64,000 bases of DNA from positions 31,655-95,654 of the IMG/VR virus record IMGVR_UViG_3300014204_000139, one strand, 5' to 3'. The notes beneath the pieces were generated by a model. That model worked only from the letters and a program-made list of their open reading frames with translations, was not told the origin of the DNA and did not search any database. Made by a program: the position numbers and the translations under genes. Position 1 is the first letter of the stretch; every line of letters begins with the position of its first letter. The DNA is from a virus. Lineage: Duplodnaviria > Caudoviricetes. Positions 1 through 6,683 of the stretch are shown one piece after another.

Positions 1-308
1 GGTTGGTATTTTTCTTTTTCCTTATTCCATTTATACCAATACTCTTTTTGATTACAATTATATATTCCTGATTCAACTTCTTCTATTACACAAAAATTGT
101 TTGTAAATTCACAAATATCACCATAGTTATTCACAACACATTTTTCTGCTAATTTTAAAGTTGGAAACCATCCAACTGATCTTGATCTATTATCAAAGAA
201 TTTTTTTGTATTCTCATCAGGAATTCTCATTGTTGTTACAACAAATATTGTTTTTGATTTTCTTCTTCTTGGTTTTATATAAGTGAGTCGATAATGAATT
301 CTTAGCAT
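1..308 (-). CDS. hypothetical phage protein, 3'-truncated by window edge (MLRIHYRLTY...SVGWF...NNYGDICE...)
   Basis: Manual translation from ATG at 308 with upstream AAGGA; frame open to the window edge. Confidence 0.7.
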   Translation of the reverse strand, partial: MLRIHYRLTYIKPRRRKSKTIFVVTTMRIPDENTKKFFDNRSRSVGWFPTLKLAEKCVVNNYGDICEFTNNFCVIEEVESGIYNCNQKEYWYKWNKEKEKYQ

Positions 309-327
309 ATTTAAATCCTTTCTTTAG

Positions 328-404
328 TGGTACCCCTAGCAAGACTCGAACTTGCGACCCACTGATTAGAAGTCAGTTGCTCTATCCATCTGAGCTATAG
401 GGGC
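328..404 (-). tRNA. tRNA-Arg(TCT), CCA encoded
   Basis: Cloverleaf GCCCCTA...TAGGGGT-A-CCA; anticodon arm ACTGA-CT TCT AA-TCAGT; T-loop TTCGAGT. Confidence 0.95.
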
Positions 405-412
405 ATCTTTTT

Positions 413-484
413 GGTGAGTGAATGGATTTGAACCATCAATCCTGGAGCCACAATCCAGTGTCTTACCATTTGACGACACCCACC
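413..484 (-). tRNA. tRNA-His(GTG) with G-1:C73; CCA apparently not encoded
   Basis: G-GTGGGTG...CACTCAC-C; anticodon arm CTGGA-TT GTG GC-TCCAG. Confidence 0.9.
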
Positions 485-496
485 ATTAATTTTATG

Positions 497-569
497 AGCG
501 GTATACGAGACTCGAACTCGTAACAACTTGATTGGAAATCAAGAGCTCTACCAATTGAACTAATACCGC
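497..569 (-). tRNA. tRNA-Gly(TCC), no encoded CCA
   Basis: GCGGTAT...ATACCGC-T; anticodon arm CTTGA-TT TCC AA-TCAAG. Confidence 0.93.
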
Positions 570-571
570 TT

Positions 572-647
572 TGGTACTCCCAAACGGATTTGAACCGATG
601 TTTTCAGATTGAAGGTCTGACTACCTAACCAATTAGTAGATGGGAGC
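572..647 (-). tRNA. tRNA-Glu(TTC) with C33
   Basis: GCTCCCA...TGGGAGT-A-CCA; anticodon arm TCAGA-CC TTC AA-TCTGA. Confidence 0.9.
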
Positions 648-659
648 ATTTATAAAAGA

Positions 660-855
660 GAGATAATAATAGGTGGGATTTGAAACCCACAGCTGTAACC
701 AAAATATGAGCTAGCATCACTTTCGGCACCTTAATATTAGTATGTATTAACCTATACAGCTTTTTTAACTTTCAACATTTTTTATCTCATCCGGGTTCGG
801 ACCCTGAAAATTATGTTTACTTGTTAGCATTTCCTTCTGCGACTATTATTATCTC
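660..855 (-). ncRNA. candidate tRNA-like ncRNA (~196 nt) with 13-bp terminal stem, T-arm and long internal insert
   Basis: Perfect inverted repeat 660-672/843-855; T-arm-like GTGGG-TTTCAAAT-CCCAC abutting the 3' stem strand; lies in the tRNA cluster; no ORF in the track. Confidence 0.6.
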
Positions 856-865
856 AAATTCTTTT

Positions 866-1012
866 TTATTTTTCATATATTATAATAACTTTTTTACCTT
901 TTCTTTTTAGTTTTTTCAAAGGTAGATCGCCACATTTAGTTCCAGCAAATAAAGCTGCGGCTCCTTGATATTCTGATACTTCAAATTCTTGTATGATTTT
1001 ATTCTTTTTCAT
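866..1012 (-). CDS. small basic hypothetical protein (48 aa, MKKNKIIQEFEV...)
   Basis: Manual translation; abuts upstream gene stop. Confidence 0.5.
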   Translation of the reverse strand: MKKNKIIQEFEVSEYQGAAALFAGTKCGDLPLKKLKRKGKKVIIIYEK

Positions 1013-1013
1013 A

Positions 1014-1430
1014 TTAATTAATGATTATAAACTTAGAAAATGAACCAGATGGAATATGAAAATCAAAACGACATCTATATTCTACAGGATATGAAATAAC
1101 ATCATCTATTATAGATTCAGGAGGATTTTTTACTGTTGTCTCATATGTAATAATTAATTTTGACTGATCTATTGTTTTTACATCTTCATAAAATCTGCAC
1201 TTTTGTATTGGAACTTTACCAAATTTTAAATAATTATTATGTTTTATAACAAAATTTGCAAATTTTCCTTCATATGAAGATGCAGAACTTAAGAATGAAC
1301 CTGTAGTTACATTAGAGTTTTTAGTTTCTAATTGAATTAAGGTTAATTCAGCTAAATTTTGATTATAACATCCGCTTAAAATAAATAAAATAATTATAAT
1401 AAGAAAGATCTTTAATTTCATCTTATTCAC
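1014..1430 (-). CDS. putative lipoprotein
   Basis: Hydrophobic N-terminus ending in lipobox-like LSGC. Confidence 0.6.
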   Translation of the reverse strand: MNKMKLKIFLIIIILFILSGCYNQNLAELTLIQLETKNSNVTTGSFLSSASSYEGKFANFVIKHNNYLKFGKVPIQKCRFYEDVKTIDQSKLIITYETTVKNPPESIIDDVISYPVEYRCRFDFHIPSGSFSKFIIIN

Positions 1431-2013
1431 TTTCTTTATACCAATGATTTTCTTGTACGTATTTTATAATTTTTTCTAAAGAATCAAAAACTTTTAGTTC
1501 ATGTGTTACATGATATCTATCCAGCATTAGTTTATAAATTTTTTCTTCTTCATTAAATAACATATAATAAGAACCATTTTCAGATAAAGTATATTCGAAA
1601 ATATCTATAAACTTAAAACCTGGATAAGTTTCATGAAGGGGTTTTATAAATTCTAAAATTTCTTTAAGAGCTAAAATTGTTTTATTAAAAGATTCAATTG
1701 AGTTCTTAGTTAACATAACCTTAATGCATCTTTGACCAGTTTCAGGAAAATACCCACCATAATATAATCCTTTTTGTTGAACTATTTCTGAGTATTTATT
1801 ATAAACTGTATAACCACTATTTTCATCTAATAATAAATTCCAATCAGTTGGATTTTTATCAATTTTAAGTTTTCCTATTTCATTTTTTATTTTTTCAATT
1901 TTCTTATAATTAGAACTAAGTTCAGATTGAATAGGTTCTAAAAGTTTAAATAATTCTTTTCTTCTTTCTACTAATTTTTTCATTTCTTTTTGTAAATTTA
2001 ATTCAAGACTCAT
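1423..2013 (-). CDS. hypothetical protein, N-terminal coiled coil
   Basis: 196-aa ORF in operon. Confidence 0.7.
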   Translation of the reverse strand: MSLELNLQKEMKKLVERRKELFKLLEPIQSELSSNYKKIEKIKNEIGKLKIDKNPTDWNLLLDENSGYTVYNKYSEIVQQKGLYYGGYFPETGQRCIKVMLTKNSIESFNKTILALKEILEFIKPLHETYPGFKFIDIFEYTLSENGSYYMLFNEEEKIYKLMLDRYHVTHELKVFDSLEKIIKYVQENHWYKESE

Positions 2014-2150
2014 TAATCACCTATAATCTTTAAAAGAAGTTTCTTTCTCTTTTTTTAATAACCATTTTGTTAGAAATCTTTTCCAATATCCTTTTGGTTT
2101 TTTAAAAATCCCATCCTTTGTGAAATCCCACCAGCCACCTTTTGGATTCT

Positions 2151-2663
2151 TCATTTTCTAATAAAATTAAAATTGTCAGGTTTATTTTTCATAATTTCAA
2201 ATATTTTCTCTTCTGAGATAGGATAAAAATTATTATTATCTACTCCTATATCATGACATTTTCCTTGAACCATATCATTTAGACCTGAATGAGAATGTCC
2301 AAATAATAAAATACTGTTATAATGAGATCTTGGCCATACTAACATAGCATAATGACAAACAACAATATGTTGACTATTTATTGTTTTACACCACATTTCA
2401 TGATAACTTCTATCCATCCACTTATCATGAGATCCTCTTATAAAAAAATGCTGTCCATTTAATCTTTTTATAATTTCTTCTAAATACTTTCTATCTCTTA
2501 GTGAAGCATCTCCACCATGAATTACAATATCATTTGGCTTAACTATTTCATTATTTCTTTTAATTAATTCTTCATTCATTTCTTCAACTGAGTTAAAAGG
2601 TCTATTACAATATCGAATAATATTATAATGACCATAGTGTTCATCACTAGTAAAAAAATACAT
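2151..2663 (-). CDS. calcineurin-like metallophosphoesterase
   Basis: Motifs TSDEH, GGD, GSHD, CHY, GHSH, DIGVD. Confidence 0.9.
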   Translation of the reverse strand: MYFFTSDEHYGHYNIIRYCNRPFNSVEEMNEELIKRNNEIVKPNDIVIHGGDASLRDRKYLEEIIKRLNGQHFFIRGSHDKWMDRSYHEMWCKTINSQHIVVCHYAMLVWPRSHYNSILLFGHSHSGLNDMVQGKCHDIGVDNNNFYPISEEKIFEIMKNKPDNFNFIRK

Positions 2664-3122
2664 CTAATCGTCCTCTGTATTAGCTTTATAGCTTTTTATA
2701 AACTCAGTTGCTATTTCTATTTGTATTTGTTCCATGAATAAATCAGATATCTCTTTTATTTTTAATAGTTGTTCTTCAGTAAAATATTCAATACTTTTTT
2801 TATAATAGGTATAAATTCTTCCTTTATCTATATAATAATAATCAATATCATTACTTTTATAGTATAGAGGACCCATTAATAAAGAATTTAATACAAAATG
2901 AATTTGTCTGCATAATATTGTATTATTTTCTTGTACAAATATACATTCGCGAAATATTTCTTTAAATCTTTTTTTTAAACTAATTTTATGAAGCTTTTCG
3001 ATTATTTTATCTCTATTTTTTCGTATTCTTTCCGTACCAAAATTTGTTCCATTAATATTATAAGCATATAAATTATAAAACATACAAACTAATACATCAT
3101 AGAATGTGAATGGTAGTTTCAT
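2664..3122 (-). CDS. hypothetical protein
   Basis: 152-aa ORF, coupled to neighbours. Confidence 0.6.
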   Translation of the reverse strand: MKLPFTFYDVLVCMFYNLYAYNINGTNFGTERIRKNRDKIIEKLHKISLKKRFKEIFRECIFVQENNTILCRQIHFVLNSLLMGPLYYKSNDIDYYYIDKGRIYTYYKKSIEYFTEEQLLKIKEISDLFMEQIQIEIATEFIKSYKANTEDD

Positions 3123-3334
3123 ATATCACTAGTCTTTCTTGTTCTTTTATAGTTTTGACTTATTATATTCATTTCATGTGATGTTTTTCTTTGATCACTG
3201 ACTTCAATTATTTTCCAACTTCCTTCAAGTTCATCAATTTTAATTAATTTGTTTAAATTTGCAAATTTTTCTGGAATGTATGCAGTTGTTTTTTTATTTT
3301 CTTTTTCTAAGATACATTGTTTTAAATAATACAT
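3119..3334 (-). CDS. hypothetical protein
   Basis: 71-aa ORF with GAGG RBS. Confidence 0.65.
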   Translation of the reverse strand: MYYLKQCILEKENKKTTAYIPEKFANLNKLIKIDELEGSWKIIEVSDQRKTSHEMNIISQNYKRTRKTSDI

Positions 3335-3356
3335 TTTAATGTTTCCTCTTTATGAT

Positions 3357-3439
3357 TGGTAGGGAAGAAGGGATTCGAACCCTTAAACCGAAGTATCCGC
3401 TCTTGAGGCGGACGTGTATGCCAGCTCCACCACTTCCCC
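3357..3439 (-). tRNA. tRNA-Leu(CAA)
   Basis: GGGGAAG...CTTCCCT-A-CCA; anticodon arm TCCGC-CT CAA GA-GCGGA; long variable arm. Confidence 0.93.
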
Positions 3440-3448
3440 ACATTTACT

Positions 3449-3525
3449 TGGTCTCTATGGGAAGATTCGAACTTCCGACTCTCTGGTCCCAGGCCAGATA
3501 CGCTACCAGGCTGCGCTACATAGAG
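3449..3525 (-). tRNA. tRNA-Pro(TGG) with C33
   Basis: CTCTATG...CATAGAG-A-CCA; anticodon arm TCTGG-CC TGG GA-CCAGA. Confidence 0.92.
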
Positions 3526-3530
3526 AAAAA

Positions 3531-3606
3531 TGGTGACCCCAATGGGATTTGAACCCATCACCTACTGGTTAAAAGCCAGTTGCTCTACCAAATGAGCTAT
3601 GAGGTC
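3531..3606 (-). tRNA. tRNA-Lys(TTT)
   Basis: GACCTCA...TGGGGTC-A-CCA; anticodon arm ACTGG-CT TTT AA-CCAGT. Confidence 0.95.
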
Positions 3607-3612
3607 ACTGTT

Positions 3613-3993
3613 TTATTTTAAAATTAGAAAAGAATCTGGTAATTTTACATTTTCTGGGATATCATAGTTAAAAAACAATGGCGCGATATCTAATGGTTTA
3701 TAACCTGCAAGACCACATCCGATGGGAGTAACTAAGAATGTTAAATTTGGATTTCTTTTAGCAAATCTTATAAATTTTCCAATTTGACTCTCAATTATTT
3801 TTAATGGTAAAATTTTAAGATTTCTATCTTTTGTTGCTATTCCATAACACTTTCCCATTAAACCTGTTCCTACACCATTTCTTGCTCCAAATTTTTTTAG
3901 TGCTATTAAAGCTGCACCTTTACCATGTTTACCCGCGTAATTTGATCCAAATACAAATATTTCATTATCTTTTAATTTTGTTATTTTATTCAT
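3613..3993 (-). CDS. A1S_2505-like phage protein (possible macro-domain-like fold)
   Basis: IFVFGSN..GKHGKGAA and VTPIGCGLAG signatures. Confidence 0.7.
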   Translation of the reverse strand: MNKITKLKDNEIFVFGSNYAGKHGKGAALIALKKFGARNGVGTGLMGKCYGIATKDRNLKILPLKIIESQIGKFIRFAKRNPNLTFLVTPIGCGLAGYKPLDIAPLFFNYDIPENVKLPDSFLILK

Positions 3994-4005
3994 TTTAAAC
4001 TCCAG

Positions 4006-4079
4006 TGGCTGGCGGAATAGGACTCGAACCTATATTAATGGCTTCAAGGGCCACTTACCTACCTTTAGTAGATCCGTCA
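4006..4079 (-). tRNA. tRNA-Gln(TTG) with C33
   Basis: U1-A72 acceptor TGACGGA...TCCGCCA-G-CCA; anticodon arm GTGGC-CC TTG AA-GCCAT. Confidence 0.9.
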
Positions 4080-4087
4080 GTAATAAA

Positions 4088-4272
4088 AAATTGGTTCTTC
4101 TCTATCAATGATAAATTTATTTACAAATTTCCTACAAGGTCCATAATAGACTCTTAAAATGTTTTTAACAAATAATATTCAGTTTTCAAAGAGCATATCA
4201 TTTAGATAGAGTTTCCAATAAAATTTTACCACATGCCCATGAGTAAAATTAAATTAGATTAAGAACCAATTT
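4088..4272 (-). ncRNA. candidate structured RNA/leader containing an rrn-type boxA
   Basis: Terminal stem 4088-4099/4261-4272; inner helix 4100-4113/4196-4211; hairpin 4222-4250; TGCTCTTTGAAAACTGAATA at 4176-4195 on minus strand. Confidence 0.5.
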
Positions 4273-4280
4273 ATTAAATT

Positions 4281-4937
4281 CTACATATTCCTGAATGATG
4301 TTACTAAATCAAATCCTCCCTTTACTATTTTATCTTTATTGGAAATATTTACTATTTTATCTTCATCTGAGTTAATGACATTACCAATAAAAGATACAAT
4401 ATCAACGTAAAGTTGTTCAGCCGGAATTAATAGTGGTATACCTTTTATTTTTGAAAGGTTTGGACATCTTTCAAAAATCTCTACATAACTAACATGATTA
4501 TAGATACCAGTCCGACTTATCATAAAAATTGGCGATTTAATTTTCTTATGAATCTTTATTAAATCTTTTTCTTCTACATTTAGAAAAGATTTCAAAATCA
4601 TATCTTTGGATCTTTGGTTTCTTTTCTTAAATGTTAAAAAATCCATACTTGAATACATTAACTGATTCCAAATTCTTTGATCATTTAAATCTTCTTCAGA
4701 TAATATTTTAGATTTCTTCTCTTCTTCCATTACTAAAAATAATTTTGAACAAATTACCAACCAATAAAAATAAATACAACGCTCATGTTCATAAATGTGG
4801 CTTGGATAAGAACTACAATTAATGTTATAAAATGTTGTAGTTTCAAAATTTGTTCTGTTAAAAACTATCTTTTTATCAATTCCATATTTACCAATCAAAA
4901 AATCATAGTAATCTTTAAAATTTGAAATCACTAACAT
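4281..4937 (-). CDS. hypothetical phage protein (FKDYYD...GFDLVTSFR type)
   Basis: 218-aa ORF with AAGGA RBS. Confidence 0.75.
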   Translation of the reverse strand: MLVISNFKDYYDFLIGKYGIDKKIVFNRTNFETTTFYNINCSSYPSHIYEHERCIYFYWLVICSKLFLVMEEEKKSKILSEEDLNDQRIWNQLMYSSMDFLTFKKRNQRSKDMILKSFLNVEEKDLIKIHKKIKSPIFMISRTGIYNHVSYVEIFERCPNLSKIKGIPLLIPAEQLYVDIVSFIGNVINSDEDKIVNISNKDKIVKGGFDLVTSFRNM

Positions 4938-4956
4938 TTTGATTCCTTTCTTTATT

Positions 4957-5027
4957 TGGTAGTCGTGGGAGGATTTGAACCTTCGACCTGTCGCTTATAA
5001 GGCATCTACCTACTGAGCTACACGACT
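4957..5027 (-). pseudogene. degenerate tRNA-Ile(TAT)
   Basis: Intact acceptor (AGTCGTG/CACGACT-A-CCA), T-arm and loop CT TAT AA, but about 5 nt missing between the D stem and the 5' anticodon stem. Confidence 0.7.
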
Positions 5028-5050
5028 ACAATGATTTATTTTACTCACAA

Positions 5051-5065
5051 ATTAATATATGTAGT
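5051..5065 (-). promoter_or_regulatory. putative early-class promoter ACTACATATATTAAT
   Basis: Same motif at 7387-7400, 9598-9612, 27186-27200, each heading a minus-strand block. Confidence 0.6.
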
Positions 5066-5090
5066 AATAACTTATTTAACTAAAAAATTC

Positions 5091-5100
5091 TGAACAAAAT
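5091..5100 (+). promoter_or_regulatory. putative late-class promoter (GAACAAAAT)
   Basis: Member of the AGAACAAA family; precedes the 28-aa ORF. Confidence 0.5.
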
Positions 5101-5117
5101 AAAGGAGGATACTATAT

Positions 5118-5204
5118 ATGATTGTACTTGATATTTTAAGAAGTCTTATTGTATTTCTAATTATACTTCTTTGGTATAGATTCTATAAAAGAACAAAAAA
5201 ATAA
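5118..5204 (+). CDS. 28-aa single-TM peptide MIVLDILRSLIVFLIILLWYRFYKRTKK
   Basis: AGGAGG RBS, upstream late motif, downstream hairpin; hydrophobic core plus basic tail. Confidence 0.6.
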   Translation: MIVLDILRSLIVFLIILLWYRFYKRTKK

Positions 5205-5223
5205 TTTCTGGTTTTAATTAGAG

Positions 5224-5263
5224 ATGAGAGAGTGATAATCGACCAGAATTATCACTCTCTCAT
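5224..5263. terminator. 16-bp perfect hairpin between convergent units
   Basis: ATGAGAGAGTGATAAT / ATTATCACTCTCTCAT. Confidence 0.65.
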
Positions 5264-5309
5264 TCAGAAAGGAGAAAATGGAACCAGAGAATATTGTAAA
5301 ACTCCAAAT

Positions 5310-5535
5310 AGCAGCTGGGAGTTGTTAAGATGCTGAGAGATGCACAACTCGAATCCAGATTTTTCCAATGTCTTTAACCATAACTCTTAAGTCTTGTGTT
5401 ACCCATTATTTTATCAGTCGGGTTAACTGTCAGTCTTGAACCATTAGTCCTTAGTCTTGGTTTTCTTTTCGCGCCATATTGTGATTAAATAATAATCTAA
5501 TAATCGCACCCATTAACCCGAGGATACAGGGGCTC
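5310..5535 (-). ncRNA. candidate ncRNA with two blocks of 7-nt periodic repeats and flanking hairpins
   Basis: Heptamer blocks 5368-5395 and 5424-5458; hairpins 5319-5350 and 5401-5423; no long ORF. Confidence 0.5.
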
Positions 5536-5575
5536 TCAATTCCTTACTTTTACACTACCGAAGTCTTATTTTTAG

Positions 5576-5812
5576 GAGCGAGGAGTATTTTCTTTTAGCA
5601 AAGTATTTTAATAGGAACTCCTTCTGCTCGAATACTTTTTTGAAAAGCGAGTGGTATATTTCTGGAATGATTTATAGGAACCACTTATGCTTTTTGAATT
5701 TCAAAAGGCGGAAAGTATTTTCAATTTAATAGGAACTTTCTATGCCGATTTTATGTTAATATAGCGAGGAGTATGTCATCACCCAAGATTTTAATAGGAA
5801 CTCCTTCTGCTA
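5576..5812 (-). ncRNA. array of four covarying bulged hairpins (5576-5629, 5643-5694, 5707-5746, 5762-5812)
   Basis: Plus-strand consensus GC-G-NNNNGT-AT-[10-22 nt]-AT-AGGA-ACNNNN-TMT-GC with compensatory stem changes. Confidence 0.75.
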
Positions 5813-5843
5813 ATTCTTAAACTAATAGATTACTTTATTGTAT

Positions 5844-5853
5844 ATTTGTTCTA
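5844..5853 (-). promoter_or_regulatory. putative late-class promoter TAGAACAAAT pointing into the hairpin array
   Basis: Exact motif match, about 30 nt upstream of the first hairpin. Confidence 0.55.
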
Positions 5854-5922
5854 TAAAATTTTGAAATAAACTAAAAATTAACTAGAAAAAATAGAAATAT
5901 TATTGCATAAGTACTAAAAAAA

Positions 5923-6447
5923 TTATTCTACTATATCAGTGGTTGCATTTAACATTTCCAGATGAGCATCAATGTAATCAAATTTCATCTGCAGGTCTTT
6001 TAGAGAATTATTTTTAAAATCTTCATCGTATAACTGAATTGATTGAGCTCTTGATCCATCTGAATTCAGTTGAATTGATTTTAATTTGTTTTCTGCAACT
6101 ACCTTATTTAGAGCTACAAATAATGTACAGTATTCTTTATAATTCATTTTAAACATTAGAGCTTCTGCGATTGAAATTTCATGTTCTTGAGTCACAACAC
6201 CTTTTGGAATTCTTAATTTTGTATTGATGTTTGTCTTATCAATCATTACTTTTAATTTTGCTCTTCTTTCTAATAGATCTATTCCTGATTGAATTAGTCG
6301 AAGAATATGTTCCCTTTGAGTTTTTTCTGAATCAAATGCTGGTTTTTCAGTTGATGTTAATGATGAATACTTTTGAATTTCTTGAGTCACTCCTGCTACT
6401 TTCTTTTGATTTAACTTCTTTTCTTTTAAAGCTTCAATCATCTTCAT
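5923..6447 (-). CDS. DIP1984/septicolysin-like coiled-coil protein
   Basis: MKMIEALK start, IDKTN..T, SIAEAL, C-terminal ID..LE..NA.T pattern. Confidence 0.55.
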   Translation of the reverse strand: MKMIEALKEKKLNQKKVAGVTQEIQKYSSLTSTEKPAFDSEKTQREHILRLIQSGIDLLERRAKLKVMIDKTNINTKLRIPKGVVTQEHEISIAEALMFKMNYKEYCTLFVALNKVVAENKLKSIQLNSDGSRAQSIQLYDEDFKNNSLKDLQMKFDYIDAHLEMLNATTDIVE

Positions 6448-6495
6448 AAGTCTTAAATCTCTCCTTATTATATTATAGGATTATAAATAATCCTT

Positions 6496-6678
6496 TCAAA
6501 TCCAAAACTTTTTATTTTTCTCATCCTCATTCTTTTTCCAGTTCCATGACCATATTGGTATTTCACCATGTTTTGGACAAATTGCTCTACTAAATCTATA
6601 ATGATGTGGACCATGATAAAATCCACCAATTCCAAATATTTTAATTTTTTCTTCACAATCTTTTTGTGTGCAATTCAT
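6496..6678 (-). CDS. small Cys/His-containing hypothetical protein
   Basis: 60-aa ORF with CxxxxC and CPKH. Confidence 0.45.
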   Translation of the reverse strand: MNCTQKDCEEKIKIFGIGGFYHGPHHYRFSRAICPKHGEIPIWSWNWKKNEDEKNKKFWI

Positions 6679-6683
6679 AATAA

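Noticed and set aside
660-855. tmRNA or group I intron-containing tRNA
   Set aside because: Too short, no G3:U70 alanine acceptor, no CCA, no recognisable tag ORF or group I core; kept only as a tRNA-like candidate.
3322-3561. ORFs 3322..3561(-) and 3352..3552(+)
   Set aside because: They overlap tRNA-Leu, -Pro and -Lys genes; shadow ORFs.
5278-5328. 16-codon plus-strand ORF MEPENIVKLQIAAGSC with AGGAG
   Set aside because: Very short, lies just after a terminator-like hairpin and antisense to the candidate ncRNA; no further support.
5576-5812. CRISPR array interpretation of the hairpin repeats
   Set aside because: Repeats are not identical, variable parts are only 10-22 nt and lie inside the hairpins, and no cas genes are in the window.
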